In this document: positions 17,312 to 26,502 of the stretch, one piece after another | Numbering within the stretch: position 1 is the first letter of the stretch | Layout: each line of letters begins with the position of its first letter | Source of the DNA: Haloferax volcanii DS2 | Lineage (GTDB): Archaea; Halobacteriota; Halobacteria; Halobacteriales; Haloferacaceae | DNA: 32,000 nt | Direction of reading: 5' to 3' | NCBI RefSeq assembly: GCF_000025685.1 | Contig: NC_013967.1 | Span: forward strand, 1,290,001-1,322,000 | The notes under the pieces: generated by a model | Told to the model about the DNA's origin: nothing | Databases searched by the model: none | What the model saw: the letters and a program-made list of their open reading frames with translations, nothing else | Translations under genes and position numbers: made by a program

Positions 17312-17485
17312 CTACCATGCACCCCCCTTGGCTTCTAATTTCGCCCGACAGCGGCGACCCGTTGCATGAAAGCTGAGGGAATAATTTTCTCGGTGATTTT
17401 GAGAAAGCGCCGATTTGGCCGATATCGACGGCGTAGAGCCATCTCTCGGCTTTTTAATTCTGGCCCCGAAGGACCTAAATTTTGG

Positions 17486-17499
17486 ATGGGCGCTACAGG
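17486..17499. repeat. attL core overlapping the 3' end of tRNA-Arg
   Basis: Exact copy of ATGGGCGCTACAGG (4959-4972). It covers the 3' acceptor strand and the start of the T-arm of the tRNA on the minus strand. Confidence 0.6.
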
Positions 17500-17561
17500 A
17501 TTTGAACCCGTGGCAACTTGGTCCGAAGCCAAGCACTCTGTCCAGACTGAGCTAAGCGCCC
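17487..17561 (-). tRNA. tRNA-Arg (anticodon UCG)
   Basis: The reverse complement folds as a cloverleaf: GGGCGCU-UA-GCUC-AGUCUGGAC-AGAGU-G-CUUGG-CUUCGGA-CCAAG-UUGCC-ACGGG-UUCAAAU-CCUGU-AGCGCCC-A. It has a 7-bp acceptor stem, a GGUUCAAAU-type T-loop and anticodon loop CU-UCG-GA. Confidence 0.9.
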
Positions 17562-17623
17562 TACATGACTTCGTCTGTCGTGGATTGCTTTAAATGGATT
17601 GATTCGAGGCGGCGACTCCGCGC

Positions 17624-17632
17624 GATTTATAC
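17624..17632 (+). promoter_or_regulatory. TATA-box-like element for a leaderless DGGGP synthase transcript
   Basis: GATTTATAC is centred about 27 nt upstream of the ATG at 17656, the spacing typical of haloarchaeal leaderless mRNAs. Confidence 0.4.
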
Positions 17633-17655
17633 GCGGTCTCCGAACAGTACGGGGT

Positions 17656-18510
17656 ATGTCTCTCGGTACGCGAGCGCGCGGGTTCGTCGAACTCACCCGA
17701 CCGGGAAACGCCGTCGCTGCCGGCGTCCTCACGTTCACCGGGGCGTTCGTCGCCGGGGCGGCCCCGAGCGACGCGCTCGTCGTCGTCGCGGCGATGCTCG
17801 CCACCGTGTTCGCCACGGGCGCGGGCAACGCCATCAACGACTACTTCGACCGCGATATCGACCGCATCAATCGCCCGGACCGTCCGATTCCCCGCGGCGC
17901 GGTGACCGCGCCCGAGGCCAAGTGGTTCAGCGTCGCGCTGTTCGGCGGCGCGGTCGTCTCGGCGCTCGTCCTCCCGGTCGTCGCCATCGCCATCGCCGTG
18001 GTCAACCTCGTCGCGCTCCTCGCGTACACGGAGTTCTTCAAGGGTCTCCCGGGCGTCGGCAACGTCGTCGTCGCCGCGCTCACCGGCTCGACGTTCCTGT
18101 TCGGCGGCGCGGCCATCGGCGAACCGTTGGGCGCGGCCGTCCTCTGTGTGCTCGCCGCGCTGGCGACGCTGACCCGCGAAATCGTCAAAGACGTCGAGGA
18201 CATCGGCGGCGACAGAGAAGAGGGGCTTCGGACACTCCCCATCGTCGTCGGCGAGGCGGCGTCGCTGTGGCTCGGCGCGGTCGTCCTCGTGGTCGCCGTC
18301 GGCGCGAGCGCGGTGCCGTTCGTCCGGGGGGAGTTCGGACTGGCGTATCTCGGCGTGGTCGTCCCCGCCGACGCGCTCATGCTCGCCGCCACCGCGCAGT
18401 CGTTCGGTAATCCGGCCGCGGCCCAGCGCCGACTCAAACACGGGATGTTCTTGGCGGCGTTCGCGTTCATCCTCGGACGGGCGACGGCGCCAGCGGGAAG
18501 TCTCTTATAA
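17656..18510 (+). CDS. Digeranylgeranylglyceryl phosphate (DGGGP) synthase, UbiA prenyltransferase family
   Basis: The sequence MSLGTRARGFVELTRPGNAVAAG... contains NAINDYFDRDIDRINRPDRPIPRG (the UbiA NxxxDxxxD motif) and a second Asp-rich motif KDVEDIGGDRE. It has multiple TM helices. I prefer the start at 17656 over 17599. Confidence 0.85.
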   Translation: MSLGTRARGFVELTRPGNAVAAGVLTFTGAFVAGAAPSDALVVVAAMLATVFATGAGNAINDYFDRDIDRINRPDRPIPRGAVTAPEAKWFSVALFGGAVVSALVLPVVAIAIAVVNLVALLAYTEFFKGLPGVGNVVVAALTGSTFLFGGAAIGEPLGAAVLCVLAALATLTREIVKDVEDIGGDREEGLRTLPIVVGEAASLWLGAVVLVVAVGASAVPFVRGEFGLAYLGVVVPADALMLAATAQSFGNPAAAQRRLKHGMFLAAFAFILGRATAPAGSLL

Positions 18511-18697
18511 GTGATCCTGGACGGACAATCGGCAAGTTCCCGGAGAACGTCCCGACGAGCCGGAACTGTTCGATCCTCCAATCAAAAAGGATATTACCGG
18601 CTCACTGTATCATCGTACTATCCGATGACCCCCGGCGAGCGGAAGCGTCACGCGAGCGCGTTCCTCGGAGTCGACGACATCGAGTCGAGGTACCTGT

Positions 18698-19309
18698 ATG
18701 TATAATCTGGGCGCTGATCTCGACGTCGAGGTCGAACCGGGCACGAACCTCCTCCTCGTCGGACCGGCGTTGACCGGCAAGCGTTCGCTGGCGCTCGACA
18801 TCCTCGCGGAGGGGACCCGGAGCGGTGAAGGGGCGGTCATCGTCACGACCAAAGACGGCGCGGACCGCATCCTCAACGACTTCGGCAAGCGACTCGACTA
18901 CGAGGGCAAGCCCGTCGCGGTCGTCGACTGCGTCACGAAACAGCAGGGCGTCGGCGAGGTCCGCGACGACGACCGAATCCGGTACACGTCGTCGCCGGTC
19001 GACATGACCGGAATCGGAATCAAGCTCTCGGAGATCCTCCAGGAGTACTACCAGGACCGCGGGCTGCCGGAGAACCGCATCATGCTCCACTCGCTTTCGA
19101 CGCTGCTGATGTACGCCGACCTCCAGACCGTCTTTCGGTTTCTGCACGTGTTCACCGGCCGCATCCAGAGCGTGGGCGGCCTCGGCGTGTTCACCATCGA
19201 CGCCGACGCTCACGACGACCGGACGATGAACACCATCAAACAGTTGTTCGACGGCATCATCACGACCCACGAGGACGCGCCGCCGGACATCCGCATCGCG
19301 GACCACTAG
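18698..19309 (+). CDS. KaiC/RecA-superfamily ATPase-like protein (degenerate Walker A)
   Basis: 203-aa ORF with GTNLLLVGPALTGKRSLALDIL (GxxxxGKR), then a beta-strand/Asp VAVVDC and the overall KaiC/RAD55-like single-domain layout common in haloarchaea. Confidence 0.5.
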   Translation: MYNLGADLDVEVEPGTNLLLVGPALTGKRSLALDILAEGTRSGEGAVIVTTKDGADRILNDFGKRLDYEGKPVAVVDCVTKQQGVGEVRDDDRIRYTSSPVDMTGIGIKLSEILQEYYQDRGLPENRIMLHSLSTLLMYADLQTVFRFLHVFTGRIQSVGGLGVFTIDADAHDDRTMNTIKQLFDGIITTHEDAPPDIRIADH

Positions 19310-19380
19310 CCGGTTCGGCGCGCGCGCCGGACTGGGGACTGGGGACTGGGACGGCGGCCGCGCCGCACAGCCGCCTGACG

Positions 19381-19387
19381 TTTTTAT
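19381..19387 (+). promoter_or_regulatory. TATA-box-like element for a leaderless CoA-binding protein transcript
   Basis: TTTTTAT is centred about 27 nt upstream of the ATG at 19411. Confidence 0.4.
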
Positions 19388-19410
19388 CCGCAGACGGCCA
19401 CGTCGTAGGT

Positions 19411-19830
19411 ATGCCCATCACCAGCGACGACGACATCCGCGCGCTGTTCGACGCCGAGACCATCGCGGTCGTCGGCTGTTCGGCCACGGCCGGCAAGCCC
19501 GCCCACGACATCCCGGCGTACATGCAGCGCCACGGCTACCGCGTCGTCCCGGTCAACCCCTTCCACGACGAAATCCTCGGCGAGACGGCGTACGACTCGC
19601 TGGCCGACGTGGACGAAGACGTCGACCTCGTGGACGTGTTCCGACCGTCCGAGGAGGCGGGCGACATCGTCGACGCCGCAATCGAGCGCGCCGCCGACCG
19701 CGGCGACGTGGAGGCGGTCTGGCTCCAACTCGGCATCCGCGACGACGACGCGGCCGCCCGCGCCGAGGAAGCTGGACTCTCGTTCGTTCAGGACAAGTGC
19801 TTCAAGGTCGAGCACTCGCGGCTCGCCTGA
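19411..19830 (+). CDS. CoA-binding domain protein (YccU/YneT family)
   Basis: 139-aa ORF with IAVVGCSATAGKPAHDIPAYMQRHGYRVVPVNP and VDLVDVFRP, typical of the CoA_binding_2 Rossmann fold. Confidence 0.8.
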   Translation: MPITSDDDIRALFDAETIAVVGCSATAGKPAHDIPAYMQRHGYRVVPVNPFHDEILGETAYDSLADVDEDVDLVDVFRPSEEAGDIVDAAIERAADRGDVEAVWLQLGIRDDDAAARAEEAGLSFVQDKCFKVEHSRLA

Positions 19831-19881
19831 GCGCCCGCTGAACCGGCGATTCGACCGGAGTCAGCTTCTGGCCGGCCTGTT

Positions 19882-20862
19882 CTACCCTTCCCACGACTCG
19901 AAGTCGCCGTAGACGCCCTTCGAGAGATATCGCTCCGAGGAGTCGGGGAAGACCGTGACCACGGCGTCGTGCGGGAGGTCGAGGTCGCCGGCGGCGGCGC
20001 GCTCGGCCACGTCGATGGCGGCCAGCGAGTTGGCGGCGGCGCTCGACGCGACGAGGTGGCCTTCCTCGGCGGCGAGGCGCTGCATCTCGCCGTGAGTGTC
20101 GCGGTCGGCGATTTGGACGAGTTCGTCCACCAACTCGGGGTCGAACAGCTCGTTCGTCGCGGGGTCGTGCGTGCCGATGCCCTCGGTCTTGTACGACGCC
20201 TCCGCCACGTCGCGGCCGTGGAGCCGGGCGTAGAGCGACCCCTCGGGTTCGACGGCGGTGACGAACGTGTCTTCGTTGCGCTCGCGGCCGTAGCGCGCCA
20301 TCCCCATCAGCGTGCCCGCGGTACCGCAGCCGGCGACGAGCGCGCCGACCTCGCCGTCGAGCGCGTCGTACACCTCGGGCGCGGTCGTCTCGTAGTGCGC
20401 CTCGGGGTTGAGCGGGTTGGAGAACTGCTGGGGGACGACGGCGTCGTCGAGTTCGTCGGCGAGCTTGTGGGCGCGGTCGATAGCGCCGCCCATCCCGTCT
20501 TCGGTGGGCGTGTTCACCACGTCGGCTCCGAGCGCGCGCATGAGCGTCTGTTTTTCGACGCTGAACCGCTCGGGGACGACGAACACCGCGCGGATGCCGA
20601 GCTGTCCGGCCGCGACGGCGAAGCCGATGCCGGTGTTGCCGGCGGTCGGCTCGACGATGGTGCCGCCCTCGGGGAGTTCGCCGGATTCGAGCATCCGTTC
20701 GAGCATGTACTTCCCGATGCGGTCTTTGACGCTCGCGCCCGGATTGAACGATTCGAGCTTCGCGTAGACGGGCACTTCGTCGGGCGACGCGTGGACCCTG
20801 ACGAGCGGCGTCTCCCCGACGGTGTCGAGCACCGAGTCGAAGGGTTCGCGGTGCGTGGTCAT
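19882..20862 (-). CDS. cysK: PLP-dependent cysteine synthase (O-acetylserine sulfhydrylase)/CBS-family enzyme
   Basis: Starts at ATG 20862 (MTTHREPFDSVLDTVGETPLVRV...). It has LESFNPGASVKDRIG (the PLP-lysine motif), TAGNTGIG and GCGTAGTLMG. The 34-aa extension in the track is not protein-like. Confidence 0.85.
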   Translation of the reverse strand: MTTHREPFDSVLDTVGETPLVRVHASPDEVPVYAKLESFNPGASVKDRIGKYMLERMLESGELPEGGTIVEPTAGNTGIGFAVAAGQLGIRAVFVVPERFSVEKQTLMRALGADVVNTPTEDGMGGAIDRAHKLADELDDAVVPQQFSNPLNPEAHYETTAPEVYDALDGEVGALVAGCGTAGTLMGMARYGRERNEDTFVTAVEPEGSLYARLHGRDVAEASYKTEGIGTHDPATNELFDPELVDELVQIADRDTHGEMQRLAAEEGHLVASSAAANSLAAIDVAERAAAGDLDLPHDAVVTVFPDSSERYLSKGVYGDFESWEG

Positions 20863-21048
20863 ACGCGGGCAAAAGTTGCCCCTGACCCTGAACGTTTTCA
20901 TCCCGTTGTCCCCCCTTCGTCGGAGGTCGGTGCGTGGGTGGGTCGAGCCGAGTCGGTCGAGCACAGTCGTCTCTCGGGGACTCCGAGACGAGGCTAGGGC
21001 TGGGTGCGAAACCGACAGAAAACGGGGAGCGTCGGAGAGTCGGCGTGC

Positions 21049-21372
21049 TTACGCGTCGTCGGTGGTGGCGTCACTCGACGCGTCGGCATCGGCGTCGGCG
21101 GTCTCGTCGCCGGCCGCGTCGTCCTCGGCCTCGGAGATGTGCGCCTGCGCGATGGCGGCGTCGAGGTCGACGCCCTGTTCCTCCGCGATGGCTTCGAGAA
21201 TCGCCCGCTGTTCGGCGTTTTCGGCTTCGAGCCGGTCGACGCGCGACTTCGTCTCGTTGACCGTCTCGCGGACCTCGACGACCTGCTCGCGCAGTTCGTT
21301 GAGCTTCTTGTACACGTCTTCGGCCATCTCTGCGACCTTCTGGAGCTTCTTCGCGGTGCCTCCGAGTGCCAT
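21049..21372 (-). CDS. Small coiled-coil protein with an acidic tail, function unknown
   Basis: 107 aa from ATG 21372: MALGGTAKKLQKVAEMAEDVYKKLNELREQVVEVRETVNETKSRVDRLEAENAEQRAILEAIAEEQG.. then a D/A/T-rich tail. The longer 255-aa track ORF overlaps the neighbouring permease and is Arg-rich shadow sequence. Confidence 0.55.
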   Translation of the reverse strand: MALGGTAKKLQKVAEMAEDVYKKLNELREQVVEVRETVNETKSRVDRLEAENAEQRAILEAIAEEQGVDLDAAIAQAHISEAEDDAAGDETADADADASSDATTDDA

Positions 21373-21467
21373 GTGTCGCCTCTCGGACTCGGGGCATGTA
21401 CGACTTCCGGTGCGGTGTCGCGAGAAAACCGGCCACGAACACCGAGAGCGGGTGGAGACACCGGGTC

Positions 21468-22526
21468 TCAGCCGAGTTCGTTCGGGTCCACCCGGTCGAC
21501 GACGACCCGGAGGCCGACGAGCGCGACGACGCCGACGAAGACGAGCCCCGCGACGGCGGCTCTCGCGCCGACGCCCGCGGTCCCGAGCGCCAGTCGCGCG
21601 GCCGTGTTCGCGGGGTTCAGCGGCAGCAACGACGTGCCCGCGAAGACGAGGAGCACGCCGATGGAGTACAGGAGCTGTGCGACCCGGCGGTCGGGCGACG
21701 TAATCGCCACCGCCGCGCCGAGGGTGACGACGACGGCCGAGAGCCCGGCGACCATGCCGAACAGCCAGGGCACGCTCTCGATGGCCGTCCCGTTCAGGTG
21801 GAGGAGCAGCATCCACGCGACGGCCTGCACCGGAGCCAGTCCGCCGGCCGCGAGGAGCTTCCCGTCCACGACGGCCGCGAAGCTCACGGGCGCGACTCGG
21901 AGGAGTTCGAGCGTCCCGCGGGCGACCTCCTCCGTGAGCGAGTCGACCACCAGCGACCCCGAGATGAACACGGGCAGGAACAACAACAGCGGGACGAGCA
22001 CGGTGTAGGTGAAGCCGAAGTACGGGCTCGACTCCGCCGCCGGCGGGAGGGAAAGCGGGTCCGTTTCGAGGAACGCGCGCCGTTCCGCGCGCTCGGTGCG
22101 CTCCAGTTCGCGGAGCGCGTCGCGGAGGCGGGTGACGACCGCCGTCGTCTCCACGCCCGTATCGGGCGCGACCGCCGCGACCCGTATCCTGCCGTCCTCT
22201 CCCGTGGACGCCTCTAAGACGGCATCGACCTCCCGCTCGTGGAACGCCGTCATCGCGGCCGGCGTGGAGGCGTACGGTCGCCCGCTGAGCCCGTCTTCGG
22301 TCCCGACGGCGCGAAGCAGGTCCTCGACGGCCTCCTCGTCGCCCGCGACGGCCACGTCCACCTGATAGCTCGCCGCGCCGGGGTCGTACAGCGAGACGAG
22401 GCCGACGACGAGGAACGACGAGAACACCGCGACGAACAGCTGGATAGCCAGCGCCAGCACGATGGTTTTTTCCTTACGGAGACTGCCGAGTTCGCGCCGG
22501 GCGATGGCGAGTCGCGGGCTACCCAA
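21468..22526 (-). CDS. ABC-2 type transporter permease subunit
   Basis: 352-aa ORF. An N-terminal TM after RRELGSLRKEKTIVLALAIQLF is followed by a large extracytoplasmic loop and then about five C-terminal TM helices, the typical ABC-2/NatB-like layout. It is the last gene of the ATPase-permease-permease operon. Confidence 0.7.
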   Translation of the reverse strand: MGSPRLAIARRELGSLRKEKTIVLALAIQLFVAVFSSFLVVGLVSLYDPGAASYQVDVAVAGDEEAVEDLLRAVGTEDGLSGRPYASTPAAMTAFHEREVDAVLEASTGEDGRIRVAAVAPDTGVETTAVVTRLRDALRELERTERAERRAFLETDPLSLPPAAESSPYFGFTYTVLVPLLLFLPVFISGSLVVDSLTEEVARGTLELLRVAPVSFAAVVDGKLLAAGGLAPVQAVAWMLLLHLNGTAIESVPWLFGMVAGLSAVVVTLGAAVAITSPDRRVAQLLYSIGVLLVFAGTSLLPLNPANTAARLALGTAGVGARAAVAGLVFVGVVALVGLRVVVDRVDPNELG

Positions 22527-24390
22527 GGGCGTTCACCACCTGAAGGTTGTAGCCGAGGTGAATGGCGATTGCACCCACGAGCGCGACGCCGTAGGCCGAG
22601 CGCCCCCGACTCGCCCCGAGGGCGGTCACGCTGGCGGTCACCGCGTGGAGCACGAGCGGCGCGAGGAACAGCCCGAGGACGACGAGGGCGCTCACGCCGG
22701 TGCCGCCGGCGATGCCGACGCCGGAGGGCGCGAAGGCGGTCTGGCCGAGCGTGAGCGACTGCAACCCGGCGAGTTGAGCGATGGCGGTGAACTTCTCGCC
22801 GACGAAGAAGCCGAGGCCGGAGAGCCCGCCAAGGACGAGCGACGACCGGAGCGTCCGCGAAAAGCGCGCCTTCTCGAAGGCGGCGAGGACGTGGAGGCTC
22901 TTTGCCAACTCCTCGATGACCGCGACCGCGACGAGCACCATCGGGACGGTCAGGTCTACCGGGAGGACGAACAGCACGGCGATGGCCAGCAGTTCCGCGA
23001 TGAAGACGAACGGAATCGACAGCGCCGACAGGGTCGCAACCGAGCGCGCCCGCGAGATGCGACTGTCGAGCGCGTCGAGGAACTTCAGCGGGACCGGTCG
23101 CTGGGTGAACATGTCCTCCTCGCGGTAGACGCCGACGCCGAGGAGGAACAACACGGCCGCGGCGAGGAGAATCGGCCCGACGGAAAACAGGAACTCGCCG
23201 AGCGGAATCGACTCGCCCGCGAGGTCGCGCACGACGAGCGTCAGCGGCGAGATGAGCGCGATGGGCGTGACGTTCGTGAAGATGGCCGGGACGAACGTGT
23301 ACGTCGTCAGGAACACCGACACCGTCACCGTGACGAACGTGAGTTCCTTGAACGAGCGGGCGAACATCGCGCCGACGAACGTCGAGGCGAGGAACAGGAG
23401 GCCGACGGGGACGACCGCGGCCACCGAGACGACGCCGCCGCCGACCGCCGCCGCGATGGCGACGGTGATGCCGACCGTCCCGAGCAGGTACGGGAGCGTC
23501 TTGCCGGCGACGATGTCGCCAGGCGAGATGGGCGCGACGAGGAGCAGTTCGCCGCGGCGGTTGATGCGCTCGTTGAGGACGCTCGACCCGTAGGCCTGAA
23601 TCACGAAGTTCATCGGCACGAGGAAGGCGAAGGCGAGGACGAGCGAGGCGAACGGGAACGGCGGGCTGATGCTCGCCGGCGACCCGCTGCTGTCGCCGCC
23701 GAAGAGGCCCGCCATCCCGCCGAGCGACGGGGCGTCGACGCTGCCGTCGTCGGCCGCCGCGGCGTCGGACGCGTCAGGGTCGCCGCCGGCTGTCCCGCCC
23801 GCACCGTCACCGGCACCGGACGCGCCGCTCTCGGCTCCGGTTCCGGCGTCGGCTCCGCCGCCGTCACCGGCTCCGGCTCCGCCACCACCCCCGCCCGCGC
23901 CGCCGTCGACGCGGCTTCCGGCCGGGACGAGCGCGTCGCGCTCGCGGTACTGGAGGTCCACGACGACCGGGAACGCGGCCGACCGGTTCTCCTCGCGGGC
24001 CATCTGTCGTTCGTTGTACGACCGGACCGCGTCGCGGAACGCGGCGTAGGCGGCCCGGCCGGTCTGCGTGTCGACGACCGAGACGTGCGTCTCGCTGACG
24101 ACGAGTTCGACGTTCGGGTCCGAGACGGGCCGCGGGTCGAGCGTGGATGACTGGTCCACGGCGTCGTAGTAGGGGCTGTCGCCGGCGATGCCGACGCGGT
24201 AGAGGTCGCGGTCGAGCGCGACCCCGCCGCCCGCCGCCCCGGCCGCGATGCCGCCGGCGACGAGGACGGCGACGAGACCGATGACGGCGGTCCGGCGGTC
24301 GAGCGTCCCCGCCGAGCGCGACACCTCCCAGCGGGCGATGCGGAGGATAGTCCGGGCGTGCTCGACGAGTCGGGTTCGGAGGTCGGTCAC
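22519..24390 (-). CDS. ABC-2 type permease fused to a C-terminal PrsW/CPBP-like intramembrane protease-like domain
   Basis: 623-aa ORF. An N-terminal TM plus loop contains a Gly/Ala/Asp-rich low-complexity stretch, followed by an ABC-2-like TM bundle. The C-terminal TM region carries VIEELAKSLH (EExxK), GLGFFVGEKF (GFxxxE), LVLHAV and AIHLGYN (HxxxN). Its ATG overlaps the ATPase stop (ATGA). Confidence 0.6.
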   Translation of the reverse strand: MTDLRTRLVEHARTILRIARWEVSRSAGTLDRRTAVIGLVAVLVAGGIAAGAAGGGVALDRDLYRVGIAGDSPYYDAVDQSSTLDPRPVSDPNVELVVSETHVSVVDTQTGRAAYAAFRDAVRSYNERQMAREENRSAAFPVVVDLQYRERDALVPAGSRVDGGAGGGGGGAGAGDGGGADAGTGAESGASGAGDGAGGTAGGDPDASDAAAADDGSVDAPSLGGMAGLFGGDSSGSPASISPPFPFASLVLAFAFLVPMNFVIQAYGSSVLNERINRRGELLLVAPISPGDIVAGKTLPYLLGTVGITVAIAAAVGGGVVSVAAVVPVGLLFLASTFVGAMFARSFKELTFVTVTVSVFLTTYTFVPAIFTNVTPIALISPLTLVVRDLAGESIPLGEFLFSVGPILLAAAVLFLLGVGVYREEDMFTQRPVPLKFLDALDSRISRARSVATLSALSIPFVFIAELLAIAVLFVLPVDLTVPMVLVAVAVIEELAKSLHVLAAFEKARFSRTLRSSLVLGGLSGLGFFVGEKFTAIAQLAGLQSLTLGQTAFAPSGVGIAGGTGVSALVVLGLFLAPLVLHAVTASVTALGASRGRSAYGVALVGAIAIHLGYNLQVVNALG

Positions 24391-25379
24391 GACTGCCCGC
24401 GACCTCCGGCGACGCGCTGTTCGCGCTCGTCGTCGGCGTACTCGCGCTCGCCGTCAGCGGCCTGCCCGCGGCCGCCCTCGGCTTCGCTTGTCGTCGGTGC
24501 CTCGCGGGCGAGGCGGAGGAAGATGTCCTCCAGCGATGCCTCGTCGGTTCGGATGTCGGCGACGCGGCCGCCGGCGGCCTCGGCGCGCTCGCGGAGCGAC
24601 TCGACGGCCGACATCTCGTCGACGACGGCGACGTGGCGCTCCTCACCGTCGATTTCGTCGTCGTCGGGCAGGGTCTCCGCGAGCGGGACGGTCGTGAACA
24701 CGCGGTAGGTCGTCTCGCCGTGTTCCGCGCGAATCTCGGGGACCGTCCCGCGGGCGATGATTTCCCCGCGGTTCATGATGACCACGCGGTCGCAGATGGA
24801 CTCGACGTGAAAGAGGTTGTGCGCGCTGAAGACGACGGTCTTGTCCTCGTCGCGGAGTTCGCGGACGAACTCCAAGACGACGTTCGTCGTCAGCGGGTCG
24901 AGGCCGCTGGCCGGTTCGTCGTAGATGAGCAGGTCGGGGTCGTTGACGAGCGACCGGGCGATGGCGACCTTGCGCTTCATCCCCTTCGACATGTCCCCGA
25001 GTCGGCGGTCGCGGTATTCGAGGCCGAGGCGGTCGAGCACCGCGCCGGTGCGCTCGTCGGCCACGTCGCGGGGCACGTCGTAGAGGTCGGCGAAGAATCG
25101 GAGATACGACCGCGCGGTCATGTCCTCGTACAGCGGCGACTCCTCGGGGAGAAAGCCGAGTTTGCGCCGCATCGCCGGCTCCTCGGGGTCGTATCCGAGC
25201 ACCGATGCCGACCCGCCGGTCGGTTCGACGAGTCCGGCGAGCATCTTCAGCGTCGTCGTCTTCCCCGCGCCGTTGGGGCCGACGATGCCGAACACCTCGC
25301 CCGACTCGACCGAGAAGTCGCTTCCCACGACGGCGGGGAAGTCGCCGTAGGTCTTCCGCAGGTTCTCGACCGTAATCAT
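24387..25379 (-). CDS. ABC transporter ATP-binding protein
   Basis: 330-aa ORF with Walker A GPNGAGKTT, Q-loop, signature-like MSKGMKRKV, Walker B LLIYDEPASGLD and an H-loop SAHNL. It has an acidic/Gly-rich C-terminal tail. Confidence 0.9.
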   Translation of the reverse strand: MITVENLRKTYGDFPAVVGSDFSVESGEVFGIVGPNGAGKTTTLKMLAGLVEPTGGSASVLGYDPEEPAMRRKLGFLPEESPLYEDMTARSYLRFFADLYDVPRDVADERTGAVLDRLGLEYRDRRLGDMSKGMKRKVAIARSLVNDPDLLIYDEPASGLDPLTTNVVLEFVRELRDEDKTVVFSAHNLFHVESICDRVVIMNRGEIIARGTVPEIRAEHGETTYRVFTTVPLAETLPDDDEIDGEERHVAVVDEMSAVESLRERAEAAGGRVADIRTDEASLEDIFLRLAREAPTTSEAEGGRGQAADGEREYADDEREQRVAGGRGQS

Positions 25380-25526
25380 TGAGAGAGTTTCACGCGGGAC
25401 GGCATAAAAAGCGTTCGCGCAGGGTTTCAGGATTGATAGTCTTCCCCTTCGCGGGGCAACAGTTTCACCGCCCCGCGGCCGGGAGTGAACGAATGCCCGC
25501 GCCGCCGAGAACCGACGCTCGTCTAC

Positions 25527-26387
25527 TTAGTCGTACTCGTAGAAGCCCTTGCCCGTCTTCTTGCCGAGGTCGCCCGCCGCGACCTTGCGCTTGAGCAGGT
25601 ACGCCGGTTTGTAGCGGTCACCGAGCTCCTCGAACAGCGTCTCGGAGGCGTCCAGACAGATGTCGAGGCCGATGTGGTCCGCGAGGGTGAGCGGCCCCAT
25701 CGGGACGTTCGTGCCGAGGGTCATGCCGCGGTCGATGTCCTCCTTCGAGGCGACGCCCTCGTCGTAGGCGCGGATGCCCTCGTTGAGCCACGGCATGAGG
25801 ATGCGGTTGGTGACGAAGCCGGGCTTGTCGTCGGACTCCCACGTCTCCTTGCCGAGGGCCTCCGAAAAGTCGTGGGCGAACGCGACGACGTCGTCGTCGG
25901 TCTTCTCGCCGCGGACGACCTCGACGCCCTTCATAATCGGCACGGGGTTCATGAAGTGGAGGCCCACGACGAGTTCGGGGCGCTCGGTCGCGGCCGCGAT
26001 GGTCGTGATTGAGAGCGTGCTGGTGTTCGTCGCCAGCACGACGCCCTCCGGGACGATGTCGTCGAGGTCGGCAAAGATGTCGCGTTTCACGTCCATGTTC
26101 TCGACGGCCGCCTCGACCACGAGGTCGCAGTCCCCGAGGTCCGCGAGCTCGGTCGTCCCCGCGACGCGCGCCTTCGCGGCGTCGGCCTCGTCCCCGGTCA
26201 GTTTCTCCTTCGAGACGAACCGCGAGAGGCTGTCGTCGATGGCCGACAGGCCGCGCTCGACGTACTCGGGTTCGAGGTCGCGCATGACCACGTCATAGCC
26301 GGCCATCGCGGCCACCTGCGCGATGCCGTTGCCCATCGTTCCCGCGCCGACGACGCCCACCGTGTCGATATCTTCGGTATCGTACAT
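25527..26387 (-). CDS. 3-hydroxyacyl-CoA / 3-hydroxybutyryl-CoA dehydrogenase
   Basis: 286 aa from ATG 26387: [38 protein letters not shown] (NAD Rossmann GxGxxG), then [15 protein letters not shown] and GFVTNRIL motifs. The upstream extension in the track is discarded. Confidence 0.85.
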   Translation of the reverse strand: MYDTEDIDTVGVVGAGTMGNGIAQVAAMAGYDVVMRDLEPEYVERGLSAIDDSLSRFVSKEKLTGDEADAAKARVAGTTELADLGDCDLVVEAAVENMDVKRDIFADLDDIVPEGVVLATNTSTLSITTIAAATERPELVVGLHFMNPVPIMKGVEVVRGEKTDDDVVAFAHDFSEALGKETWESDDKPGFVTNRILMPWLNEGIRAYDEGVASKEDIDRGMTLGTNVPMGPLTLADHIGLDICLDASETLFEELGDRYKPAYLLKRKVAAGDLGKKTGKGFYEYD

Positions 26388-26502
26388 ATCGGGGTCTGCG
26401 CGAGGGAGGGTGGTAAAACTTGCCGATGCGTTCGGAATAGTGACAGACTCGTGACTACCACGGGAAGACTCAAGTCGGGGGCAAGAATGGGGATATGCAA
26501 CG

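Noticed and set aside
17483-17487. Genomically encoded CCA tail on the tRNA
   Set aside because: The sequence after the discriminator A is TCCA, not a contiguous CCA directly after the discriminator. Archaeal tRNAs usually get CCA added post-transcriptionally.
17599-17655. Upstream start (17599) for DGGGP synthase
   Set aside because: The extension MIRGGDSARFIRGLRTVRG is not UbiA-like and begins only 38 nt from the tRNA. The TATA-like GATTTATAC sits at leaderless distance from the ATG at 17656.
19329-19352. Tandem heptamer (GGACTGG)x3 in the spacer before the CoA-binding protein gene
   Set aside because: It is a very short microsatellite-like repeat with no associated structure or ORF, probably a slippage product of no demonstrable function.
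20863-20964. N-terminal extensions of cysK (to 20964), of the hydroxyacyl-CoA dehydrogenase (to 26768) and of the coiled-coil protein (to 21816)
   Set aside because: The extensions are low-complexity and not homologous-looking, and in one case overlap the adjacent permease gene. The internal ATGs give canonical N-termini: the GxGxxG Rossmann start and the PLP-enzyme start.
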